DNA of 64,000 nt from assembly GCA_963750165.1 (NCBI GenBank), contig CAVVPN010000003.1:2688001-2752000 (forward strand). Reading direction: 5' to 3'. Both the position numbers and the translations under genes were made by a program. Of this stretch, positions 1-10,251 are shown piece after piece; within the stretch, counting starts at the first letter, position 1, and each line of letters opens with the position of its first letter. The notes beneath the pieces were generated by a model, which searched no databases, was not told the DNA's origin, and saw nothing but the letters and a program-made list of their open reading frames with translations. This stretch comes from an uncultured Gemmataceae bacterium. GTDB lineage: Bacteria > Planctomycetota > Planctomycetia > Gemmatales > Gemmataceae.

Positions 1-1108
1 CACGGGCAAACCGGGGCCGGTGCAGGCGCTGCTCGCTCAGGGCGCCAAGATGAATGCCAGGGACCGCAAGGGACAAACGGCCCTGATGTGGGCCGCGGCG
101 GAGGGCCACGCGGAGGTGGTGTCCCTGTTACTGGCGGCCGGGGCGGAATTCAAAAGTGCGTTGCCCTCCGGGTTCACACCCTTGTTGTTCGCCGCACGGG
201 AGGGCCGCATCGAGGTCGTCCGCGTGTTGCTGAAGGCGGGAGCCGACGTCAACGACGCAATCCAGGGCAAAAAAGCCGTTTCCCGTGGCCCCAAACCCGG
301 AACCACTGCGCTGCACATGGCGGTCGAAAACGGCCATTTTGAGCTGGCCATCGTGCTCGTGAAAGCTGGCGCCGATCCGAATGACCTGCGCCCGGGCTAT
401 GCGGCGTTGCACATGGTCTCCTGGGTCCGCAAGCCCAACCGCGGCGACGACGAGGAAGGCGATCCGCCGCCCATTGGCTCGGGAAAGTTCACCAGCCTGG
501 AATTCGTCAAGGCAATGGTCGCCCACGGGGCCAAGGTCGATCTGAAGACCACCAGGAGCGTGTCGGGCCGAGGCATCCTCAAAATCCCCGGCGCGACTCC
601 CCTGCTGGCGGCGGCCTCCACGGCGGATGTACCGCTGCTGGAACTGCTCGTCAAACTGAAGGCCGATCCGCTGCTGCCGAATGCACAGGGTTCCACGCCC
701 CTGATGGCCGCGGCTGGGGTCGGCGTTGGCGCCCCTGAGGAGGCGGCTGGCACCGAACCGGAAGTGCTGGAGGCCGTCAAGCTGCTCTTGAAGCACGGCG
801 CGGACATCAATGGGATTGACAAGCACGGCGAAACGGCGATGCACGGCGCCGCCTACCGGAACCATCCAAAGGTGGTATTGCTCCTCGCCGACAAGGGGGC
901 CAAGATCAAGGTCTGGAACCAGAAGAACAAAACCGGCTTGACGCCTTTGGTGATTGCCGAAGGGTATCGGCCGGGCCTCAACTTCCGACCTTCCCCGGAG
1001 ACCGTTGCCGCTCTCCATCAAGTGATGCGCGCGGCCGGCGTGACGCCGCCAAAACGCGCTGCGCCCAGGGGTGCCCCCAAATCCGAATACAAAGACAAAA
1101 CGAAATAA
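1..1108 (+). CDS. Ankyrin-repeat protein (5' partial; frame open from window start)
   Basis: Repeated ankyrin motifs GQTALMWAAAEGH, GFTPLLFAAREG, GTTALHMAVENGH, GETAMHGAAY. Confidence 0.9.
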   Translation, partial: TGKPGPVQALLAQGAKMNARDRKGQTALMWAAAEGHAEVVSLLLAAGAEFKSALPSGFTPLLFAAREGRIEVVRVLLKAGADVNDAIQGKKAVSRGPKPGTTALHMAVENGHFELAIVLVKAGADPNDLRPGYAALHMVSWVRKPNRGDDEEGDPPPIGSGKFTSLEFVKAMVAHGAKVDLKTTRSVSGRGILKIPGATPLLAAASTADVPLLELLVKLKADPLLPNAQGSTPLMAAAGVGVGAPEEAAGTEPEVLEAVKLLLKHGADINGIDKHGETAMHGAAYRNHPKVVLLLADKGAKIKVWNQKNKTGLTPLVIAEGYRPGLNFRPSPETVAALHQVMRAAGVTPPKRAAPRGAPKSEYKDKTK

Positions 1109-1156
1109 CCAGCCGTTGCTTGAGCGCTTACCCTGTTCATTGATGCTACCATCGGA

Positions 1157-3328
1157 CTACTTCGTTTTCTTGATGCTCAGGGTGGTCGGTTCCGCGGTAA
1201 TCTTCAGCCGGGGGATGGTGATGCATCCGCCGGCGTCGGCCCGCACCTCTCCGGCGGACGTGCCAAATTGCCAGCGCACCAGCGCTCCCGGAGCGACCCG
1301 CAACAATTGCAGCCGGCGAACGCTGACATCGGCGGTCGCTTCCGTCGGAATCGTGAACTTGGTCTTGAGTTCCGTTGGCTTGACAAGAAAAAGCGACATT
1401 TCGAGCGCGTCCGGCGTATCACGCACGTTCTTCCACCGGAAGAATGCGTTGATCTGGCCGGCCTTCTTATCGTTGAGTTGCTTCGGCCAGGGCAGCGGGT
1501 CATTGGTCGAGGCATTGGTGAACACCGGATAGGACTCGGTTTTCTTGACGCTCAGCCAGTCAAACGAATTAATCAGGTCATTCACCTTCATGATCTGCGC
1601 GTGGTTATTCGCATGGCCGAACGGCCCCCAGTACAGGAACAGCGCATATTTCCGCCCGTTCATGGCCTTGACGAAGGCGTCGTGACCTCGGGACCATCCG
1701 TCGTTTTGCGCGGAATAGTCCACGACGATTGGCGGGTCGGGCAGAGTGAGGTTCGCCGGCACTTCGCGCGGCGGGAAGTACATCCGGCTGGAAACATGTT
1801 TGACCTCCGCGGGGACATTGGCCTTGATGGCGGCGAAGACATCCCCGTGGCGCATGCCGATCCCCAGGGCACCACTGCCGCCCATGGAATTCCCACACAA
1901 ATAGACGCGGTTCGCGTCGATGCCATAGTGCTGGATCACCCAGCGCACCGTGTCCAGCACCCGTTTTTCCGGAGGGCTGACCTCGGGGCCAGGGTACTTT
2001 TCGATACCCCACCACCAGTCCCCCTTGTTGGCCCGGCAATCGAGGTAGAGCGCGAAGAAGTCTTGCGGAGCGTGATAGATGTCGTGGTTGCCGACCTGCT
2101 TCGTGCAGGCCAGGCACGAATGCACGTCATGCCCGGCGGAATGCAGGACCACATACAGCGGAGCGTTCGCGCGCGCCTGCTTCGGATGGAGTACCAGGAA
2201 AGTGTCGCGTTGCGGCTTCGCATAGCCCCAGGCCTCCCTGCTCCCGTGCTGGAAGACCTCCAGTTTTCGCCCCGTAAATTCCGACTCCTTTTGCCGCGCC
2301 GGCGGCCAACTCGCCTCCTGGGTGAACGTCGCGATGCGACCCTTCGGGCCAACCGCCCAACCTGCACCGTTTGACGTAAAGCCGACGCTGGTGTATTTCT
2401 CCCGGTCCAGCAACTTCCAGGTAGCGCCGTTGTCCAGGGAAACATGGGAGCCCGACGTGCCTACCGCGACCCAACGATCTTTCGCCCACGCCACGGCTGA
2501 ACGATAGGGCAACCGCCTGTCGAGGAGCGTCCAGGTTTTTCCGCCATCGGCGGTGGTTGCCGCGGTGGCGCCGCTGTCGTTGGGTTTGCGATAGTCGCCA
2601 CCGACGATCATGCCGTGCTGTCGGTCGCGGAAGGCGATCGAGAAAATACCAGCGGACGGGACGCCGGCCAGGATCGGCGTGTCGCTCACCTCCCAGTGTT
2701 GGCCGCGATCCCTGGAATGAAAGATGCGTGCTGTTTTGGCCCCGCCGGTTGCGAACCAGACATCCCGTTCGCCGTGGGTGACCAGGCAGGTGCCGCTGGC
2801 CGCGAAGGCTCCCTCCCCGGGCAAGGCCGGCGGGAAACTCTTCGGCGCCAGCGGTTTCCAATGGGCTCCGCCGTCGGTGGTGACCAGCAATTGAAACTGC
2901 CCTTTGATGGGGTCGCCGAGGGCAAGGCCGTTCTGCTCGTCCCAGAAGGCGATGGCGTCCAAAAAGGCCGCCGGGTCGGCGCTTTGAAATTGCAGCGCCC
3001 AGGACTTGCCGCCGTCGATGGTTTTGTAAATGCGGGAAGCATCGCCCGGGCCAGCGCTGAGCAGGTAGGCTGTCGCCGCGCCGAACGCCTCGACATCGCG
3101 GAAGTCGAGTTTCTCCGCGCCGGGCACGGTTCCGACCAACCAGGTGTTGCCGCCGTCGGTGGTGCGCGCGTAAGTGCCCCCGGTGCCGCTCACCCAGGCG
3201 ACCTTCTGAGTCACCGCGCCCAGGCCGCGGAAATCGGCCTGGGTATTGATGGGTTGTGTTTGCCATTGGCCGAACGCACCGGAAGCGCAGAGGCCGAGCA
3301 GGGAAGCCGCGAGGAAGAAGGTTTTCAT
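1157..3328 (-). CDS. Secreted BNR/Asp-box beta-propeller (YCF48-like) fused to an alpha/beta-hydrolase domain
   Basis: ATG 3328, signal peptide MKTFFLAASLLGLCASGAFG; Asp boxes (TTDGGNTW, TIDGGKSW, SRDRGQHW, SLDNGATW); C-terminal IDANRVYLCGNSMGG nucleophile elbow. Confidence 0.8.
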   Translation of the reverse strand: MKTFFLAASLLGLCASGAFGQWQTQPINTQADFRGLGAVTQKVAWVSGTGGTYARTTDGGNTWLVGTVPGAEKLDFRDVEAFGAATAYLLSAGPGDASRIYKTIDGGKSWALQFQSADPAAFLDAIAFWDEQNGLALGDPIKGQFQLLVTTDGGAHWKPLAPKSFPPALPGEGAFAASGTCLVTHGERDVWFATGGAKTARIFHSRDRGQHWEVSDTPILAGVPSAGIFSIAFRDRQHGMIVGGDYRKPNDSGATAATTADGGKTWTLLDRRLPYRSAVAWAKDRWVAVGTSGSHVSLDNGATWKLLDREKYTSVGFTSNGAGWAVGPKGRIATFTQEASWPPARQKESEFTGRKLEVFQHGSREAWGYAKPQRDTFLVLHPKQARANAPLYVVLHSAGHDVHSCLACTKQVGNHDIYHAPQDFFALYLDCRANKGDWWWGIEKYPGPEVSPPEKRVLDTVRWVIQHYGIDANRVYLCGNSMGGSGALGIGMRHGDVFAAIKANVPAEVKHVSSRMYFPPREVPANLTLPDPPIVVDYSAQNDGWSRGHDAFVKAMNGRKYALFLYWGPFGHANNHAQIMKVNDLINSFDWLSVKKTESYPVFTNASTNDPLPWPKQLNDKKAGQINAFFRWKNVRDTPDALEMSLFLVKPTELKTKFTIPTEATADVSVRRLQLLRVAPGALVRWQFGTSAGEVRADAGGCITIPRLKITAEPTTLSIKKTK

Positions 3329-3636
3329 GGCGGGTTTGGCCCAGGGGTTTTCTGGACAATATACAAGCCGACCTGCCCCTGGGCGACAAGGCCCCCATTC
3401 GGGCTTCGCCGCAGCCTGGGCCCAACACCAGCGGGACACCACTGTTCGACGACTCCCTCCACTTGAACCAGCTTGCCCTTGAACTTCTCCGGTTCCTTCG
3501 CCAACGCTTCGAGCGTGACCTTCTGGGCCACCTGGTTCTTGTCCTGCACGGCACCGGTCCCAACGCCGACAACTACGACGACAAGCATCACCGACGCGAG
3601 CACACTCTTGAGTTTGGTCGCTGTCATGGCTTTCAC
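3325..3636 (-). CDS. Small exported hypothetical protein, possibly truncated (OB-fold-like)
   Basis: Signal-peptide-like N-terminus; PEKFKGKLVQVEGVV motif; stop overlaps the next ATG (ATGA). Confidence 0.5.
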   Translation of the reverse strand: MKAMTATKLKSVLASVMLVVVVVGVGTGAVQDKNQVAQKVTLEALAKEPEKFKGKLVQVEGVVEQWCPAGVGPRLRRSPNGGLVAQGQVGLYIVQKTPGPNPP

Positions 3637-3753
3637 CCCTCCTCCTTATTGTGCGGCCGCCATGGCCGAACCAGGTGATTCGAGCGGTTCACGCACGGTT
3701 TGCGCACAAGTGGCGGCGGGCACGGGCTGACCACCAGCGGCCTGCGCTGCCAC

Positions 3754-3803
3754 AGCAAGGGGGCCAAGGGAGCCAAGGGGGCCAACTTTTTCACACGTCG
3801 AGA
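3754..3803. repeat. 50-bp dispersed repeat, copy 1 (internal GCCAAGG tandem units)
   Basis: agcaagggggccaagggagccaagggggccaactttttcacacgtcgaga; 47/50 identical to 32253-32302. Confidence 0.9.
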
Positions 3804-3837
3804 TTCGAGCCTGGGAGCGGCTCGCGCAGCACGTATC

Positions 3838-4035
3838 CACTTGGGGTCGAGCGTGTCGATATGACTGGGGCCGCCCTGCATCCACAGGATGCAGTTGACG
3901 TTGCTGCGCCGCGCCGGCGTGGACGCGGCCGCCTGCTGGCGCAGACGCAACACCGTGGGCAGCGTCAGGCCGAGCGCGGCCAGGCCGCCGACGCGCAAAA
4001 AGCCACGACGCGACACACCGCGGCAGTCCGCGGAT
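3838..4035 (-). pseudogene. N-terminal fragment of a DUF1501 gene
   Basis: Tat-like SRRGFLRVGG then WMQGGPSHIDTLDPK; similarity stops abruptly at ~3838; no in-frame ATG upstream. Confidence 0.75.
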
Positions 4036-4136
4036 CGGCTTTTCGGCGCTTGCGACCGTCGCCGGGCGGTGTATGATAAATCCGATCCTCAACCCTGCCC
4101 CCCGTGTGCCCCGGCCCTCGCCGCGAGAGATGTCCC

Positions 4137-6294
4137 ATGTTCCCTGGCTGCCGGACTGCTTGCCTGACCCTCCTGCTGCTCGCCGGCACCCGGCTGGCGA
4201 CCGCGGGCGATTACGTCATCGCGCCGGAAGCGAAAAAGCACTGGGCGTGGCGGACGCCGGTGCGGCCGGCCGTGCCGAACGTGCAGCGGCCGCAGTGGGT
4301 CAAGAACCCCATCGACGCCTTCGTGCTGGCGAAACTGGAGGCCGCCGGCCTGACGCCCGCCGCGCCGGCCGCGCGCGAAACGCTGCTGCGCCGCGTCACC
4401 CTCGACCTCATCGGCCTGCCGCCCACTCCCGCCGAGATCGACGCCTTCGTCAAGGACACCGCGCCCAACGCCTGGGAAAAAGTGATCGACCGGCTGCTGG
4501 CGTCGCCGCATTACGGTGAGCGCTGGGCCCGGCACTGGCTCGACCTGGTGCGCTTCGCCGAGAGCAATGGCTACGAGTTCGACGAACCGCGGCCGCAGGC
4601 GTGGCGCTACCGCGATTACGTCATCAATGCTTTCAACGCCGACAAGCCCTTCGACCGCTTCGTGCAGGAGCAGCTCGCCGGTGACGAACTGTTCCCGGAC
4701 GACGCCCAGGCGCGGATCGCGACCGGCCTGCACCTGCTGGGGCCGGACATGACCGACGCCGCCAGCATGACCCAGCGGCGGCAGAACGCGCTCGACGACA
4801 TGACCGATACCGTCGGCCTGGCGTTCCTCGGCCTGACGGTCGGTTGCGCCCGCTGCCACGACCACAAGTTCGAGCCGATCCCGCAGCGCGACTACTATCG
4901 GCTGCAGGCGGTGTTCACGCCGGCCCAGTTCCGCCGGGACATCGTGGTAGCCGACGCCGCGGAGCGCAAACGCCATGAAGCCGCGCTCAACAAATACCAG
5001 GCACTGACACGATCATTGCAGGACGCGCTGACGCAGTTGGAGGGGCCGTATCGCAAGAAGCTGACGGACGCCCGCTTCGCCAAGCTGTCGGACGAGACCC
5101 GCGCCGCCCACCAGACGCCGCCGGAGAAGCGCACTGCGACGCAGCGGGAACTGGTCGAAAAGAGTCTGCGGCTGCTGGCGGTGACGCCGGCACAGGTGGC
5201 CGCGGCGCTCGAGCGACGCGGACAGAGCGAAGGCCAGGCAATGGCAGGCGGAGTTGAAGAAATTCGACCCGTTCAAGCCGGCGCCGCTGGCGACCGCGTG
5301 GGGCTTGCAGGAGAGCAGTGCGACGCCGCCGAAAACGTTCCTGCTCAAGCGCGGCGAACTGAAGCGCCCCGGTGCGGAAGTGCAGCCGGGCTGGCTTCGG
5401 GTGCTGTCGCCCGGCCAGAAGGAAACGCCCGCCGCGGTGCAACCGCTGGCGGCGAGCAGCGGCCGGCGCACCGCCCTGGCGAAGTGGCTGACCGACCCGG
5501 CCCATCCACTGACGGCGCGCGTCATCGTCAACCGGCTGTGGCAGCACCATTTCGGCCGCGGCCTGGTGGCGAGCGCCAGTAACTTCGGGCTGCGCGGCGA
5601 GGCGCCGACGCACCCCGAACTGCTCGACTGGCTGGCGACGGAACTGGTCGCGCAGAAGTGGAGCCTCAAGGCGCTGCACAGGTTGATGCTGCAGTCAGCG
5701 ACGTATCAACAAGCGACGCAGGCCGACGCGATAGTTTTGAAGAAGGATCCGGGGAACCGGCTGTTCGGCCGCATGAACCGGCAGCGCCTGGAGGGCGAGG
5801 TGATCCGTGACAGCCTGCTGTCACTCGGCGGGCGGCTGAACCCGAAGGTGGGCGGCCCGAGCGTGTTCCCGCCGCTGCCGCCGGGGGCGGCGGACGTCAA
5901 GGGATGGACCGTCAGCCCGGACCCGAAGGAGCACACGCGCCGCAGCGTCTACATCTTCGCCTGCCGCAACCTGCGCTACCCGTTCCTGGAGGCGTTCGAT
6001 CTGCCGGACAGCAACCTCAGCTGCCCGAAGCGGCAGCAGAGCACGACCGCTCCGCAGGCGCTGGCCATGCTGAACGCCGCCGATGTCGTGGACGCAGCGA
6101 AGGCGCTGGCGGCGCGCGTCGGCAAGGAGGCGCCGACGGTGGACGGGCGCGTGACACGGTGTTACCGGCTGGCGCTGGGCCGCCGACCCAGCGCCACGGA
6201 GTTGCGGCTGGCGCGCGAGTTCCTGGCGGAGTCGCCGCTCAGCGAACTGTGCCGGGCGCTGTTGAATGTGAACGAGTTTATATATGTGGATTAG
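4137..6294 (+). CDS. DUF1549/DUF1553 (PSCyt2/PSD1) Planctomycete protein; one frameshift at ~5209
   Basis: NPIDAFVLAKL, YGERWARHWLD, CARCHDHKFEP in the first frame; ARVIVNRLWQHHFGRG, PTHPELLDWLA, RRSVY in the second. Confidence 0.9.
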
Positions 6295-6412
6295 AGCTAT
6301 AGCGCTTGGCGGTCGGGTGTAGGGGGTTAGCGACGCTTCGCAGAAGCGTTTCGGCGCCATACGCTTCTGCGAAGCGTCGCTAACCCCCTACACCCGACCG
6401 CGAACTGCTCTA
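6292..6412. mobile_element. MITE/REPIN-like element with a perfect 41-bp internal inverted repeat
   Basis: Arms 6309-6349 and 6361-6401 are exact reverse complements and contain GTAG; bounded by TAGAGC (6292) and GCTCTA (6407-6412). Confidence 0.7.
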
Positions 6413-6428
6413 GCGGAAAAAACTCATG

Positions 6429-6507
6429 CACTTGGCGAGCGGCGCGACGTAAGCCCGCCGGTGAGTGTGGGTTACCGGCGGGCTTACGCCGCGCCGCTCG
6501 CCAAGTG
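6429..6507. repeat. REP-like palindrome (GCGAGCGGCGCG..TAAGCCCGCCG type)
   Basis: 34-bp arms 6429-6462 and 6474-6507 with one mismatch. Confidence 0.85.
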
Positions 6508-6526
6508 TGATCCCGAGGGCTTTACC

Positions 6527-7958
6527 ATGACCCGCTGCCCCGGCCCCACCGCCCCGACGCTGCCGCCGCCCGACCGCCGCGATTTCCTGCGCCGCGCCGG
6601 CGGCGGTTTCGGCCTGATCGCACTGACGCCCTGCTCGCCGAGCAACGGCTGCTCGCGGGAGACAACCCGCAATCGCCAAGGCGGCCGCACCACCGCGCCC
6701 GCGCCGAGCGCGTGATCTTCCTGTTCATGTCCGGCGGCCCGAGCCATCTCGAACTGTTCGACCCCAAGCCGGACCTGCAGCGCCTGCACGGCCAACCGCT
6801 GCCGGAGTCGTTCGGCCCGGTGGCGACGCGCCGCAACGTCGCCCGCAACCGCCTGCTGGCGACGCGGCACACCTTCCGCCGCTGCGGCCAGTCCGGCGTC
6901 GAGGTCAGCGACCTGCTGCCGCACCTGGCCCGGCACGCGGACGACCTGTGTGTGATCCGCAGCTGTCACGGCGACAGCGTGACGCACCCGGAGTCGGTGT
7001 ACCTGCTGAACACCGGCTCGATCCTGATGGGCCGGCCGAGCCTGGGTTCGTGGGTGAGCTACGGCCTGGGCACGGAGAACCAGAACATGCCGGCCTATGT
7101 CGTGCTGCCGGACCCGGCCGGGCTGGTCAAGGGCGGCGCGCCGCGTGGGGCCACGGCTATCTGCCGGCCGCGTATCAGGGCACCATGCTGCGCGGCGGTC
7201 GTTCACCGCTGCCGCACCTGCACAACCCGCCCGGCGTCAGCGGCGCCCAGCAGCAGCGCACGCTCGACCTCATTAACCGGCTGAACCGCGAGCACCTCGC
7301 CGTTCGGCCGCCGGACATGGAACTGTCGGCCCGCATCGCCGCATACGAGCTGGCGTTCCGCATGCAGGCGCACGCGCCGGAGGTGGTGGACGTGACGCAG
7401 GAGACGCCAGCGACACGGCGGCTGTACGGCCTGGAGCGGCGCGAGACGGCGGAGTTCGGTCTGCGCTGCCTGCTGGCGCGGCGGATGGTGGAGCGTGGCG
7501 TCCGCTTCGTGCAGGTCTACTGCGGCGACACCAACGGCTGGGACGCCCACTCGGACATTGAAGGCAATCACGGTCGGCTGTGTGCGCAAAGCGATCAGCC
7601 AATCGCGGCGCTGCTGACGGACCTGAAACAGCGCGGCCTGCTGGATTCGACGCTGGTGGTCTGGGGCGGCGAGTTCGGGCGGACGCCGATGACCGAAGGC
7701 ACGACCGGCCGCGATCACAACCCGCACGGCTTTACGATGTGGCTGGCCGGCGGCGGCGTCAAGGGCGGCCAGACGATCGGCGCCACCGATGCGGTCGGCC
7801 TGCGGGCGGCGGAGGATAAAGTGCATGTGCATGACCTGCACGCGACGATTTTACACCTGCTGGGGCTGAATCATCTGCGGCTGACGTATCGGCACAACGG
7901 CCGCAACGAACGGCTGACGGACGTGTACGGCGAGGTGGTCGAGCAGGTGCTGGCGTGA
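6527..7958 (+). CDS. DUF1501 family protein (Tat signal); frameshifts at ~6627 and ~7140
   Basis: DRRDFLRRAGGGFG; IFLFMSGGPSHLELFDPKP; LARRMVERGVRFVQV; WGGEFGRTP; GRDHNP, spread across three frames. Confidence 0.9.
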
Positions 7959-8016
7959 CGCCCGCCTTTGCCTACTTCGGGAGGCGCCCCCTCAAAGCGG
8001 CTGCCGGCTGGTTTGC

Positions 8017-8044
8017 TTGACAGCATCCCCCCCCCTGTTAGAAT
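8017..8044 (+). promoter_or_regulatory. sigma70-type promoter for mcsA-mcsA-mcsB with a C9 tract in the spacer
   Basis: TTGACA (8017-8022), 16-nt spacer, TAGAAT (8039-8044) with TGn extension; 45 nt upstream of ATG 8089. Confidence 0.7.
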
Positions 8045-8088
8045 GGCGCAGGAAGACCATTCGCGTGCCGTTTCTGGGGATCCCAGCG

Positions 8089-8574
8089 ATGAAGTGCCAG
8101 AAGTGTCACAACCCCGCAACCTTGCACATCACCGAGGTCCTCGGCGACGAGCAGTTTGAAGAATTGCATCTGTGCGAGCAGTGCGCCAACAAGTATCTCT
8201 ACGAGCCCCAGCAGAAGGCGTCGGGCGGTTCCAAGAGCCAGGTCCCCGAACTCAGCGCCGAGGCGGACGAGGGCCCGTTCAACCAGCACGAATGCCCGCT
8301 CTGTGGGATCAAGTTTGTGGAATTTCGCAACACTGGCCGGCTCGGCTGCCCCAACGACTACCACGAGTTCCGCGAGGAGTTGACGCCGCTGCTGGAGAAC
8401 ATCCACGGCGAAACGCGCCACTGCGGCAAGACGCCGCGCCGCCAGCCGCAGACCCGGCAAACGCAGTCGGAATTGATCCAGCTCCGCAACCGCCTCAAGC
8501 TGGCCATCGACAAGGAAAATTACGAGGAAGCCGCCCGGCTGCGCGACCGCATTCGCACACTGGAAGGAAGCTAA
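8089..8574 (+). CDS. mcsA: McsA-like protein (CxxC zinc fingers + UvrB/UvrC motif), copy 1
   Basis: MKCQKC, LCEQCA, CPLCG, GRLGCPNDY, ENYEEAARLRDRI. Confidence 0.85.
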   Translation: MKCQKCHNPATLHITEVLGDEQFEELHLCEQCANKYLYEPQQKASGGSKSQVPELSAEADEGPFNQHECPLCGIKFVEFRNTGRLGCPNDYHEFREELTPLLENIHGETRHCGKTPRRQPQTRQTQSELIQLRNRLKLAIDKENYEEAARLRDRIRTLEGS

Positions 8575-8587
8575 CGACAACTGCTCT

Positions 8588-8610
8588 CCTCTCCCCCTTC
8601 AGGGGAGAGG
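8588..8610. repeat. Short CCTCTCCCC/GGGGAGAGG hairpin (REP-like)
   Basis: 9-bp stem in the intergenic gap between the two mcsA genes. Confidence 0.5.
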
Positions 8611-8679
8611 GGAGGAAGTAGCCGGTTCCCACCGGAGGGGGGCCGGGACGCCAGGCAGGACCGGACGGAGGACCGAGGC

Positions 8680-9186
8680 GTGAAGTGCCAGTTGTGTTCC
8701 AACCCCGCCACCGTTCACCTGACCGACATCCTCGTTGACGGGAAGAAGCGTGAGACGCACCTGTGCGAGAGTTGCGCCGAGAAGCAGCAGCTCCTCAAGG
8801 GCCCGGACAAGGATCTGAACCTGTCGGCCATCGTGCAGACGGTCATGACGCCGCACCCCGGCCAACCCACCGATGAACTGGGTCGGTTGACCTGCCCGGT
8901 GTGCGGAATAAAGTACATGGAGTTCAAGGCGGGCGGGCGGCTCGGCTGCCCCCACGACTACCAGGTGTTCCGGGCGGGCCTGGAGCCGCTGCTGTTGCGC
9001 ATCCACCGGGCGCTCCGCCACACCGGCAAGGCGGCGGTCCACGCCCTGGCCAACGCCGCCCGTCAGGCGGACATCGTTCGGCTCCGACAACAACTGCGGA
9101 CCGCGGTCGAGGCGGAAGCCTATGAAGAGGCCGCCCGTCTGCGCGACCTTTTGCGACAGAAGGAAACGACGGATGAACCTGGATAG
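8680..9186 (+). CDS. mcsA: McsA-like protein, copy 2
   Basis: GTG start; KCQLC, LCESCA, CPVCG, GRLGCPHDY, EAYEEAARLRD. Confidence 0.85.
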   Translation: MKCQLCSNPATVHLTDILVDGKKRETHLCESCAEKQQLLKGPDKDLNLSAIVQTVMTPHPGQPTDELGRLTCPVCGIKYMEFKAGGRLGCPHDYQVFRAGLEPLLLRIHRALRHTGKAAVHALANAARQADIVRLRQQLRTAVEAEAYEEAARLRDLLRQKETTDEPG

Positions 9187-10240
9187 CCTGACTCAACATA
9201 ATGGCGAGTGGTTGCGCGGCGCTGGTCCGGAGTCGGACATCGTCGTCTCCAGCCGCATCCGTTTGGCCCGCAACCTGGCCGCCTTCCCCTTCACCAACCG
9301 CGCCAGCGCCCACCAGAAGGCGGAGATCGAGGCGCTGCTGCGCGACCGCGTTGGCAAGCTCGACCTCGACCCCGGCCTGACCTACTTCCACCTGCCCAGC
9401 CTGAACGCGCTCGACCGCCAGTTCCTGGTCGAACGGCAGCTCATCAGCCGCGAACTGGCCAACAGCGAGGGACCGCGCGGCGTCGCCCTGTCGGCGACCG
9501 AGAACGTCAGCCTGATGGTCAACGAGGAAGACCACCTGCGGCTGCAGGTCATGCGCAGCGGCTTCGCCCTCGATGAGGCCTGGCAGGAGATCGACCGCAT
9601 TGACGACCTGCTGGAGCAGAAGGTCAGTTACGCTTTCAGCGAGGAGTTCGGCTACCTGACGGCGTGTCCGACCAACGTCGGCACCGGCATGCGCGCCAGC
9701 GTCATGCTGCACCTGCCGGTGCTGGTGATGACCAAGCACATCGAAAAAGTCTTCCGGGCGCTGCAGAAGATCAATCTGGCGGTGCGCGGCCTGTACGGCG
9801 AGGGGAGCAGGGCGTCCGGCGATTTCTACCAGATCTCGAACCAGGTGACGCTCGGCAAGAGCGAGGCGACCATTCTGTCGGAGATTCGCGAGGTGATTCC
9901 GCAGATCATCACCTACGAGCGGCAGGCGCGGACAACCATGGTGCGCGAAACCCGGCAGGCGCTGCAGGACCGTGTGTCGCGCGCCTATGGAACGCTGTGC
10001 TCGGCGACGATGATGACCTCCGAGGAGACGATGGATCTGCTGTCGAGCGTGCGGCTCGGCATCAACCTCGGCCTGTTGGAGGACGTGTCGATCGCGACGG
10101 TCAACGAGCTGTTCCTGCACACGCAGCCGGCGCACCTGCAGAAGTTGATGGGCGCGTCGCTGGACGGCGAGGAGCGCAACAGTGTCCGCGCTCGCTATCT
10201 GCGGACGCGGTTGCGCGAGGCGGGGCCGCAGTTGAACTAA
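9173..10240 (+). CDS. mcsB: Protein-arginine kinase
   Basis: SSRIRLARNL, MVNEEDHLR, GYLTACPTNVGTGMRASVMLHLP, YQISNQVTLG. Confidence 0.95.
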   Translation: MNLDSLTQHNGEWLRGAGPESDIVVSSRIRLARNLAAFPFTNRASAHQKAEIEALLRDRVGKLDLDPGLTYFHLPSLNALDRQFLVERQLISRELANSEGPRGVALSATENVSLMVNEEDHLRLQVMRSGFALDEAWQEIDRIDDLLEQKVSYAFSEEFGYLTACPTNVGTGMRASVMLHLPVLVMTKHIEKVFRALQKINLAVRGLYGEGSRASGDFYQISNQVTLGKSEATILSEIREVIPQIITYERQARTTMVRETRQALQDRVSRAYGTLCSATMMTSEETMDLLSSVRLGINLGLLEDVSIATVNELFLHTQPAHLQKLMGASLDGEERNSVRARYLRTRLREAGPQLN

Positions 10241-10251
10241 CGCGAATGATT

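Noticed and set aside
4050..4077. TTGCGA-N16-TATGAT promoter upstream of the DUF1549/1553 gene
   Set aside because: Plausible but too weak a match to list as a feature
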